From: Antechinus flavipes
Lineage: Eukaryota
Length of the DNA stretch: 64,000 bases
Assembly (NCBI RefSeq): GCF_016432865.1
Contig: NC_067401.1
Span: 7,378,001 to 7,442,000, forward strand
Reading direction: 5' to 3'
Position numbers and translations under genes: made by a program. The notes under the pieces are model-generated. The model made no database searches. It was not told the origin of the DNA and saw only the letters and a list, made by a program, of their open reading frames with translations. Below, in pieces: positions 12,349 to 22,859 of the stretch (position 1 is the stretch's first letter; each line of letters opens with the position of its first letter).

Positions 12349-12679
12349 TCTCTCTCTATGGATGTGTTTTTCTGTTTCTATCCATTTGTCTCTCATTCAC
12401 TTTCACATCATCAGTTTGAGGCCACAGCTCAAGAAAAAGAAAAGAACATTTATTTTGGAGTCAGTGGATCTGGAGTCAAATCCTGGCTCCCTAATTCACA
12501 ACTCGTGTCCCCTTCAACAAGTGATTCCCATTTTTTGAGTCTGTTTCCTCCTTAGTAAGCCCTAAGTCTTTTGATCAGAACTATCAGGAATATTCTAAGG
12601 CTATGCCCTCAAGTCCTCTGGCTTCCTGCATCCACAGGTGAGGCGTACATCTATCTCACCGCCTGCAGAATTCAGCACA

Positions 12680-12779
12680 ATGAAACTCCTCGCAGTCTGC
12701 TTCCCGTACCTGCTGCTCACCTGCCTCGTCTTACCCAAGGCTGAATGCCGACTTCATGAAGGCTCAGTGGAGATCAGGA
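12680..12779 (+). CDS. PRLH: Prolactin-releasing peptide precursor, first coding exon (signal peptide plus N-part of PrRP)
   Basis: MKLLAVCFPYLLLTCLVLPKAECRLHEGSVEIR+A, with donor AGGA|gtgagt and A at Kozak position -3. Confidence 0.95.
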
Positions 12780-14155
12780 GTGAGTACCCATTCCCTACCC
12801 AATCGGCCAGACTACCTCCACCCCTCTCCTCCAGGATGCCCCCCCAAAGCCCTGGGTTTCTTCTGACTTTAAAGCTAGTATCTTCTGCTTTGGGTCTACA
12901 GTGATGGTTTTATCATTATGGGTTCATCGAAACCCCCCCCAAAAATGCTTTGTAGATGGAGAAAAGGAGGAAAGGAAGTAGGCTGCATGTAGGGCAGTGG
13001 CAGGAAGTTTAAGAAGAAGAGATTAGTCTGACTCAATGGATTTATTCACCATGAATCCTTAGAGCTCTGTAAGGGGGAAGGGGCTCCTTCAATTGGGAGA
13101 CCCATTGCAGACATCTTCTTCCCTAAGTCACCAAAGTCACGTCCATTGCCAAAGACACAAGATGTGACACTTTCATTAAGGTCAAGAAATTTGGTCCCTG
13201 GGGGTTCCCACACATTCCACACATAGTCTCCATAAGTTACCCAAAATCTCATCCCTCCAGAAGCCACTGGCTGGGGATGCCGGTCAGACTCAGCCCGGCC
13301 CAACCGTGGACAACCAGGCTGAACTGGGCTTGAGGATAAAGCCCAGCCCTTGTGCTCCAGCAGTGGGGCCTTCGGAAGTGCAGAGGCAAATCCGTGCTAC
13401 TAGGGGGTCCCTCAAGGACACTGAGAAGCAGCATACACACGAAAAGGTGCCAGGACTTTTCAGCATAAAAACAGGCTTCGTTCCCTAAACTTTGCTCCCA
13501 AATGTGCTCCCCTCTTAGTGCACGGGGAATTTTGGATTCAGTCAGTCACTCAGCATTTAGTAAGTGCTTACTGTGTACCAAACCATGTTCTAAGCACTGA
13601 GGATACAAAGAAAGGGGAAAATGGTCCCTGCCCTCAAGGAGCTTATGTACTAATGGGAGAGACAACCCAGGTAGGCACATACACAAACACAAGGATTGCA
13701 CAGGATACAGGGTCACAGAATTACAACAACCAGGGACCCCTCGAGCTAAAGAATCCACTCCCCTCATTTGACAGGTGAGACACATGATCTCCACAAGGGG
13801 AATGAATTTGTAATCAAGGGACCCAGAATCAAATTGCAACTTGGCTCCTTCTAAACTGTGTGAACTTGAGCAAGGTCCTTCACTTCCCTGGGCCTCAGTT
13901 TCCTCATCTGCAAAATGGGGGGGTTGGACCAACTGGCCTCTTAGGTTTCTCGGGTCACTAGAGATATGACCTCTGAGTTGGGGAGCTAGCATTTGGGATG
14001 CCCATTGGGAACCACGACCCTTCCCTGTCCGTGGTCCTGAGGATACTTCAGTCACTCAGCAATGTTGTTTGTCCCGAGCCCACCCATTTTTCCTCTGAGA
14101 AGCATGAATGCTCAGGCCTGTTATATCTTCTAAGCCTCCTGCCCTTCTTTTCCAG

Positions 14156-14319
14156 ATCCCGACATTGACCCTTCCTGGTACACGGGCCGAGGAATCAGAC
14201 CCGTGGGACGCTTTGGCCGAAGGAGGGCCACCTTGGAGGACTATCTGAGGACTGCCTCTGGACGACATCCAACTTGCTTTCCCGTGGAGGAGAGTAATGA
14301 GTCTGCCCAAGATGAGTAA
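14156..14319 (+). CDS. PRLH: Prolactin-releasing peptide precursor, last coding exon
   Basis: Acceptor cccttcttttccag|AT. It encodes (N)PDIDPSWYTGRGIRPVGRF-G-RRR-ATLEDYLRTASGRHPTCFPVEESNESAQDE*, i.e. the RF-amide plus Gly amide donor and basic cleavage site. The spliced CDS is 264 nt = 87 aa. Confidence 0.97.
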
Positions 14320-14334
14320 GATGCGTTTGTTGGA

Positions 14335-14403
14335 AATAAACCCAAACGCCTTCTCTCCCCGGCCCTTCTCTCCCACTCCCTAGTTTCATTCTCGGCAAAT
14401 AAA
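14335..14403 (+). terminator. PRLH polyadenylation signals
   Basis: AATAAA at 14335-14340 and 14398-14403, just after the stop codon. Confidence 0.65.
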
Positions 14404-14494
14404 AGTATTCGATCTTACTTAAATCAATGTCTTTGTTTGGAACTGAAATAAACCAAAGAGTTGCATGACGACCCGAGTTCACATTTCATTTCCA

Positions 14495-14644
14495 GGGGCA
14501 GCTAGGTGGTGCAGTGGATAGAGCACCAGCCCTGAAGTCAGGAGGACCCGAGTTCAAATCTGGCCTCAGATACTGAACACTTCCTAGCTGTGTGGCGCTG
14601 AGCAAGTCACTTAACCCCAACTGCCTCAAAAAAAAAAAAAAAAA
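14495..14644 (+). mobile_element. WSINE1-like SINE, full length with A tail
   Basis: GGGGCAGCTAGGTGGTGCAGTGGATAGAGCACC...AACTGCCTC(A)17. Confidence 0.9.
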
Positions 14645-15610
14645 CTCCAATATTTACTAGCTGTGTACCCATTAAATTACTTAGCTTTCCCATGCTTAAG
14701 TCTTCTCATCTGTATGACCAAGAGGATAATTCCTATGGCAGTCATCTCATAAGGTAATTAATCTCAACAAGAGGAGGGGTTCTTTTATTCTTTGTACATG
14801 TATCCCCGACACTTAGCACAGTGCCAGGCACATAGTAGGTGCTTAATTAATGCTTGCTGATTGATTTAGATTATTATGAAGAATCTAATAGATGATGTTT
14901 ATAACAGAGCTTTATTACAAATAGTCAGAAAGCCTTGGGGTCAAACCCTACCTCTGATACATACTTGACTGCATGACCCTGAGCAAGTCACCACTTCTCA
15001 CCACTCCAGGTAATGCTCTAGACTGATAAATTACAGGTGGTACCAATTTCCAACAGTGAAGGGAGTTTCCACACCAGGCAGTCCCTACATACATCGATGA
15101 TGCACCAGACACAAGCAGACCATTTCCACGCCTGTAAAGCTGGACATTCAAGGAGTTAGGAGCTGACCTGGAAAGTATTCGAAAACAACCCTCCACAGGG
15201 TCATAGAAATGCAGGTCTCGTGCTGGAAGGAACCTCAGAACTTCTCTCTCCCAACCTCCTTGTTTTACAGATAAAGAAACTGAGGTGGGGAAGAGGAAAT
15301 GCCTTGTCCAGGGTCATATGATTAGTGAGTGTCCTAGAAAGTTTCGAAGCTAAGTTTAATGATTAATTCCATGGCCTCAGTGAGTGCCCATCCTCCCTTG
15401 GAACTGTCCTTTTCCTCAGGGAGGCACCTTCTTCCCAGCTTTCCTGGTTTTCAGAGCTTTCACTGGTGTCTCTGAGCAAACCACTTCCTTAGACCACCTT
15501 AGACTGGTGTTCTCTTAATAAACAAAGCCTCCAGGAGCACAACTGCCCTGACTGTCCTCGTGGGTGAGGCAGGAGCTGACTTCTTCAATGCTAGGCTGAT
15601 GGAGGCAAAA

Positions 15611-15750
15611 GCGGAGAAAGAAGGAAAGGAAAAGGAGGAGGAGGAAGAGGAAGAGAAGAGGGAAGAGGAAGAATAAGGAGGGAAGAGGAAAAGGAATATG
15701 AAGAGGGGAAGGAGGAGGAAGAGTAAAAGTGAGAGGAGGGGAAAGGGAGT
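15611..15750. repeat. Purine-rich (GGA/GAA) low-complexity tract
   Basis: Directly visible. Confidence 0.9.
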
Positions 15751-17457
15751 GGTAGCATCCAAGTCAAAAACCTAAGATGCTTCAATTTTAAAAAATGAAT
15801 GAACACAAACACCAAAGAAACACTTTAAGCATCAATGACCGAAGACGACGTTTTGCTTTGATCCAGGCCTGGGAGCTTCTTGTAGGTTATTACTCCCCGT
15901 GTGGAAAATCCCTCTATTAATTGAGATCAGTGACTGATAACTAAGTCTTAGAGAAAAGGTTCACATGGCCATCAGGTTCCAGAAGCAATAGGCTCTCTCT
16001 GCCTCAGAAACACAGCACCACTGTTGGTCTTTGGGTCATGGCAGCAACAAGACCAAATGCTGTTTCGTTGATTGTTTTTTTTTTTTTTTTAATAATTATA
16101 TAATCACAGCATTAAATGGGATGGATCCCTCCAAGCCCAGCTGATTGCTGGCACTGTGACATGAGCAAGGAGACAATGAGACAGAGCAATCTGCTAAGTT
16201 AAGATGACTATAGTTTCTCTATTGTTATTAATAACATCTTCCTTTCTCACTGGGCTGCCTCCTCTTGCTCCTTGGAGAGCCCACCCCACCTTCAGCCTTT
16301 CAGCTTCCTTTTACGTATTGTGCTCATTAGAACACAAGCTCTTTGAGAACAGGAACTGTCCTTTTTACTTCCATTTCTATTTCCAATTCTTAACACAGTA
16401 CCTGGTACACAGTAAGCACTTAATAAATTTTTGTTGACTGACTGACTGAATACCTTTCCATATTATTTTTAAATTTGCATGATATTTACTCACATCAACC
16501 CCATGATGGAGGAAGTATGAGGCCTCGGTATATCTAGAACTGGGAAGGAGGTTAGAGACCATTTGGCTTAATTTATTTTATAGACAGGGAAACTGAGGCC
16601 CAGGGAGCTAACAGTGACATGGCCAAGGATACGTAGTAAGTGAGTACAAGAAGTGAGTCTTGTGGCTCTGGAGACACTAATATTTCCAATGCAATTTTGC
16701 ACAAATGTCATTATCACAAGTTACTGAGAAGGAAACTGAGGCTCAGGAAGCTGTACACTGATTTGAAAAGCATCTTCTTAATCACCTAGGAAGAGGCATG
16801 GAGACGTATACACGGTATTTAAGTGTTTCTGCCCTTCCCCTTTCAGCTCTTTCGGATGTTGTGTTTGGATGGCGTGTCCACCTGGAGTTGGGCTCCCCCG
16901 GTGCCAGCCACCAAGGGGATGCCTCGCTCTGGCCCATCAGAAGGCAGCCAGGCAGTGCAGCGGTTAGAGCGCTCGGAGCCTGCCTTGGCCCCCTGCCAGA
17001 TGGGTTCCTTACACTTGGTCCCTTCAATAATCCATGTCTCCATTTTCTCAGCTGGGAACTGAGGGAATTCCAAGCTCCCCGTCAGCTCTAAATCAGTGAT
17101 TACCAGAGAGGGAGAGGCCGTGGTGTCCCTGGGAAGCTGCCTGCAGGTGGAGGCATCATGTTCTGGCTCCAGCCTCCCAGACACCCCTGGCCCATTCCTC
17201 CTCCCATAGGCTCCATGGGGAGGCTTTGCTTGAAGGGCCAATGAGTCTCCTCTGCGCCTGGGAGGGGGAACTTGTATGACAGCAAGTCCGGCATTTTAAG
17301 AGTCAACTTTCCAGGTCACCCTTGCCATGGCCGGGGCAGGGCCATCCACCGGCTAAAACAAAGGCGCTTTCAGGAATGGGCCGAGAGCCTCATCTTCATG
17401 AGGGAAAGCCAAGAGGAAGCCAAAGTGCGGGGAGGGCTCTTCGTGGCCCTGCCTCCT

Positions 17458-17570
17458 CTAGTCCAGGCAGCATTTGTTCTTCTCTATTCTAGTTGTCTTC
17501 AGGTCGACTGGGGGGCTCCCCTGCTGAGTCTGGCCCCCATTCTGTTCTTCCTTTTTTAATAGTTCACGAG
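17458..17570 (-). CDS. RAB17: RAB17 last coding exon (ARELLKKEEQNGGQTQQGSPPVDLKTTRIEKNKCCLD-stop)
   Basis: Minus-strand acceptor ttccttcttttcctag|CT continues phase 1. It ends in a CCXX prenylation motif followed by TAG. Confidence 0.93.
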
Positions 17571-18427
17571 CTAGGAAAAGAAGGAAAAAGAGAAGGCAGC
17601 AAGATGTTTGCCCAAGAAGCCAACTCCTCCCTCCCTCATTTGAAAGTCACATTGAGGGATCTGTGGAGGGGAAGGTCCCAAATCACTACCTCTCATCATC
17701 CATCTGAGTTATCCCAGCCTTTCTCCTGGGCACCAAGATGCTTGGAAGATGGACAACACCCACAGTGTGCCTGAATACACTTCCTAATGACAGGGCCTTT
17801 TATATAAGCTTATATTGTAGTCCTCCAAGATGGAAGGCTGCCAATCAACCCATCAATGAATATTTATTAAGCACTTACTGCATACCAGGCACTCTGCTAG
17901 GCACTGGGGATACAAGGAAACCAAAATACTTGTACTCAAAGAGCTTCCATCTCCTTGGGGAACAGACTATACACATATAATCCTGTTTCTATTGCCTATA
18001 AGCTGTGCACACTTGGGCAAGTTATTGTCTTTCCCTGGACCCCAATCCTCATCCACAAATTGAGGGAGGCTGGACTACATGGCCTTTCCAGTTTTAAATC
18101 TAGTCCTGTGATCTCTCTTAGCCTCAGTTTCCTCATCTGTAAAATGAGGGTGTTGGACTAGTTGACCTCTGAACTACAGAGCACTGTGGATTTGTGAACA
18201 GCCACTAAGGGACTCAGGTGGGAGGGAAGGACCAAAACTGAATCTTCTGGCTCCCCAGTCTCAGGGCATCTCAGTTTCCTCAGTTGTAAAATGGGGTTAA
18301 TAAAGCACCCACCTCCAAGGGTCTTCCATGAGGGTCAGAGGAGATAATAATTGTGAAACATCTAGCATAGTTCTGGGCATACAGTAAGCGCAATATAATT
18401 GTTAGCTTATTATTATTATTTACTTAC

Positions 18428-18521
18428 CTAAGGCAGTGAAGGCTTCGGTCACTTGGTAGTTTAATTTGGCCGAGGTTTCCATGAACAATAACTTCTTACT
18501 TTCTGCGAATGCTTTTCCCTC
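18428..18521 (-). CDS. RAB17: RAB17 coding exon 4 of 5 (EGKAFAESKKLLFMETSAKLNYQVTEAFTAL)
   Basis: Acceptor ctctttcag|GAG, donor TTAG|gtaagt, and the ETSAK G5 motif. Confidence 0.96.
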
Positions 18522-18759
18522 CTGAAAGAGAGGAGAAAATGAACTCAAAATCCTAGAATCTTGAAAACTAACATCGACTGGTGTCGCCAGCATTTCTACT
18601 GGCTTAAAGTTTGCAAAAGCACTTTGATTAGACTCTCTCACTTGTTATTTCCTCACTTTATAGGCAGAAAGAATATTAGAGATCGCCTCTACAAGCTTCT
18701 CGTTTTCCACATAAAGAGTGTGAGAGATTTATTGACATGGACTCAAATTTATCCCCCTC

Positions 18760-19112
18760 GGATTACTGCCTTGGTAGGGTGGTAGAGCTTAAGTAGCTCA
18801 ATGAAACAAGGAGCTAAGCCATACAGGGTTATCTAAGACAGGTTCTGGTGCAGAATTCTGGCAAAAGGTGACCCACTGGAAGAGGAAATGGCAAACCTAT
18901 CTTTGCCAAGAAAATCCCAAGGGTCACACTCAAATGAGAAAAGAGATGACATTGAAAGGAGTCCCCAGGGGCAAGTAGGTGACATAGTGGCTAAGTACCA
19001 GCCCTGAAGTCAGGAGAACTTGAGTTCAAATCTAGCCTCAGACAGCTGCTAATACTTCCTAGTTGTGTGAACTGGGGCAAGACACTTAACCTCAATTGCC
19101 TCAGCAAAAAAA

Positions 19113-19143
<31 letters not shown>

Positions 19144-21215
19144 GATGAGTCCCCCAGGTAGGAAGCTGCCTGATATACAACTGAGGAAGAGTAGAAGACA
19201 ACTAGAAGTATCTCCAGTACTAATGAAGCTGCTGGACCAAAACTGAAAGGAAATTCAGCTATGGATGTGCCTGGTGATGAAAAGAAAGTCTGAGTCTGTA
19301 AAGATCAATATTGCAGAGAAACCTGGAATAGAAGAACAATGAACAAGGTGAGCTAGATGTGGTCAATCAGATTATGGAAAATTGAAACATCGACATCTCA
19401 GATGTCAGTGAACTCAGAGGATGAATATGAATATGAATATGAAGTGAAGATGATAAATAGATTTAAGGGATTTGCTCTGGTAGATAGAGTACCTAAAGAA
19501 CTGTGAAAAAAATTTCATAATGTTGAACAAGAGGCAACAACAACAACAAAAAAAAATCCCAAAGATAAAGAAGGGTAGGAAAGCTAAATGGCTTCTGAGG
19601 AAGATTTACAAAAAGAGAAGGAAAGGGAAAGGGAAAGAAGAAAAAGAAAAATACACTCAAATAACTGCAGAATTGCAGAGAATAGGAAGAAGAGATAAGG
19701 CTTTCTTATAAGAAATGGTATGGTTACTGCTATAAAGCCAGACATCCTGGAGCATGAAGTCAATGGGCCTTAGTGAACACGGATAATAATATCAAGTAAT
19801 CAAGTGAGCATTAATAACAATAAGGCTACTGGAGGTGATGACAACAGCTGAACTGTTAAAAATCATAAAAGATGATTACTCAATAAGCCAACAAACTTGG
19901 AAAACTCAACAGCGGCCACCAGATTAGAAAAGATCGATTTATGTCCCAGTCTGAAGAAGGGCAATGACAAGGAATGTTCAAATTACTGAACCAATGTCCT
20001 CATTACCCACATTAGAAAAGTTATGCTAAAGATTCTGTAAGTTTGATTGCAGCATTATGTAAACCAAGAAACCAGAACAGGCTGGTTTGTAAAAAGTCAA
20101 AAGAACGGGAGACCAAATTGCCAACATTAGCTGGACTATGGAGAAAATAAGAGAGCTCCAGAAAAACGAACCTCAACTCTAATGAGTTAGCAGTTTGTAA
20201 AGATTCCAGCACACTTCTGCTTCACTGATTACCCTAAAGCCTTTGACTGTATAGATCACAATAAAATGTGGCAAGCCCTCAAAGAGATGGAAGGACCAGA
20301 TCATCTGATTTATCTCCTGAGGAACCTGTATGTGGACCAAGAAAAAATAGTTGCAACCAAACATGGAACAACTGATTAATTTAAGACTGGAAAAGGAGTA
20401 CAAGGCTATATACTTTCACCTTATTTAATTTATATGCAGAGTACATCCTGAGAAATGTCAGGCTGAATAAATCAAAAGCCAGAATTAAAGTTGCCAGGAG
20501 AAATAGAAAATAAGCAGATGATACCACTCTGCTGGGAGAAAGCGAATAATTAAGAAACCTCTTGATGAAGGTAAAGGAAGAGAGTGTAAAAGCTTGAAGC
20601 TTAATATAAAAAAAAACACAAAACTATGATCTTGGCAACTGAGTCCATCAATTCCTGGCAAACAGAGGGAGAAGAAATGAAAGCGGCATCAGATTTTACA
20701 TTCTTGGGCTCAAAGATCACTAGAGATAGCAATTGCAGCCATGAAATTAAAATAAAATGAAAAGCAAAGCTATAGCATATCTGGACATCATACTGAAAAA
20801 CAGAGACATCACCTTGCTGACAAAAGTTTGTATGATCAAAGCTATGTTTTTTCCAGGAGTAACATGACTGTGAGAGTTGGACTGTAAGAAAAGCTGAGTG
20901 CTGCAGAAGTGATGTTTTTGAATTAGACAGCAAGGAGATCAAATCAGTCAATATTTTTTTTTTAAATTAGTTCAGACTAGTCACTGCAAGGTCAAATATT
21001 GAAGCTGAAGCTTAAATTTTCTGGCCACATAATGAGAAGATGAGACTGATATTGGGGAAGATGGATGGAAAAAAGGAAAAAGGGATGGCAGAGGATGAGA
21101 TGACTAGAGCTTGTCATGGAAGCAACAAAATGAACTTGTACAGACTCAAGAAATAGAGCATAGAAGGGGCTGGAGTGCTGTGGTCCATGGGATTATGAAG
21201 ATTCAGACACAACAC
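18760..21215 (+). mobile_element. RTE (BovB-like) LINE, internally deleted and decayed, in a RAB17 intron
   Basis: Recognisable RTE blocks: ggaacctggaat..., aaagcctttgactgt.tagatcac, gcagatgataccactctg, tgcagccatgaaattaaaa, gaggatgagatg. Many stops and frameshifts. Confidence 0.85.
18968..19140 (+). mobile_element. WSINE1-like SINE nested in the RTE
   Basis: SINE body with an A/(AGA)n tail, flanked by the near-duplicates gaaaggagtcccca and gaaagatgagtccccca. Confidence 0.85.
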
Positions 21216-22733
21216 TCAAGTACAAGGAGCTAGTTAGTGGCAGGTCCCCAAGCATTCTGAGATCACAGATCAGAGGCTATAAAGTTTTAAGAAAACACAG
21301 CAATCATATTCCCCTGGGATGCTTCGCCTGGGATAGTGACCTTGATATTTTAATATGGATCTTTGTCCTCTTTATTTCAATGTAACCAGTTTTCTTTGTA
21401 ATCCCCTTCCTTTTGGTGCATGCTTCTATTTATAAAGCCCTTTAAGATGTGGAAAGCATTTAAAAACAAGACTCCAAGAAGACCTCCTTGGTATCAATCA
21501 CCAAAGTGTCAAAGGCATTGGTCACGTTAAAAAAAAAAAAAGATGAATCTATGATTTTGTCCAACTCTCTCATTTTACAGAAATTGAAAGAAAGCTCAAG
21601 ACCTGGTAAGTGGCTTATGAGAGGTCACACAGCTTGTGACTCTCAGAACCTCTCAATATTCAGGTTCTTTCCACTGCATCCTCTTAAAATGGGGCACCCA
21701 GAACTGAGCACCAATTCCCAGATGTGTTCTGACTGGTATAAACAAATGAGTCTCTGACCTCCAATGACATGTACTCTGTCTGAATCTGGCCTTACCTGTT
21801 ACATGAGAGGGTGGAACTACATCATCTCTAAGGTTCCTTCTAGCTCCAAATGGAAGAAGCCATGTGATCCAACCCTATCATTGTACAGATAAAGAAACTG
21901 AGGCTCAGTCCAGTCATGGGATCATAAATTGAAAGTTGGAAGGGAACTCAAAGGCCATAAAGACTAAATTTGCCATTTTACAAGTCTGAAAACTGAGTCA
22001 GGATGATCATTAAACCATAGACTAGAAGAGACCTCAGAGGCCCTGTAGCCAAATCCCTTCATTTTATGATTGAGAAATCTTAGGTTCAGGTAACGTGATT
22101 TGTTAGTGATTTCCCCATCTGGGCCTCAGTTTCCCAATTTGTGAATAAAAAGACAATTCTCTTAGTCTGGATTTGACCTCTACTGATTTCCCTAACTTTG
22201 ACCTTCTCAAGAAAAACTGAAAAGCTTTTCTACAAAGAATAAAAGTAAAACCAAGACCCCAATATACAGGTCTTTTTCTGAGTCTCAAAGCACATAGCAG
22301 CCCAGACAAGAAGAAGCTGTAAAGTAGCAAGGAGAACTAGAGCTGGATCAACACAGTGATTTTACAGACAAGGCAGAGAATGGAGCAAGACTCAGCCACT
22401 ATCACCCAGCTGTCCTGATTCCCAGGTCTCCCAATTCCTAATCCAATGGTCTTTCCAAAAGATGATGATATGTTCAGGTGAGCTCTGAGAAATGGAAAAA
22501 CCAATAACGATCCTGATGAAGAGGGAGCCCCATGACAAAATATGGTATATAGTGTCTATATCCAGTGTTTGCACTTAACTAAATTTCTTTGCCATAAAGG
22601 AGACTTGTCTACCATATGTACGGAAGTGACAAAAGACATCAATAAAACTTAATTTTTTTTAAAGACTAGGCCGTTGTCTCTTAACCTGGAGCACTATTCG
22701 GCAATGGTATCCAGACAATGACCAAACACATAC

Positions 22734-22859
22734 CTCAAGGGTCACTTGCCGAGAATCCTCAAGATCTGTCTTGTTGCCTACTAAAATCACCACAATTTCT
22801 TCAGGTGAAAATTCATTCTCCAGCTCTTTCAACCAATTCTGGGCCCTCTGGAAAGAATC
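22734..22859 (-). CDS. RAB17: RAB17 coding exon 3 of 5 (DSFQRAQNWLKELENEFSPEEIVVILVGNKTDLEDSRQVTLE)
   Basis: Acceptor tttcttttttaag|GAT, donor GAG|gtatgt, and the NKTD G4 motif (N132). Confidence 0.96.

Noticed and set aside
11931-12555. ORFs spanning the N runs (also 44042-44601)
   Set aside because: They are open only because of the gap characters.
12671-12691. REST/RE1-like site over the PRLH start codon
   Set aside because: Only the left half (TTCAGCAC) matches; the GGACAG half is absent.
15499-15610. Possible RAB17 last exon after a long minus-strand pyrimidine tract
   Set aside because: In the required phase it hits TAG immediately. The true last exon with CCLD* is at 17458-17570.
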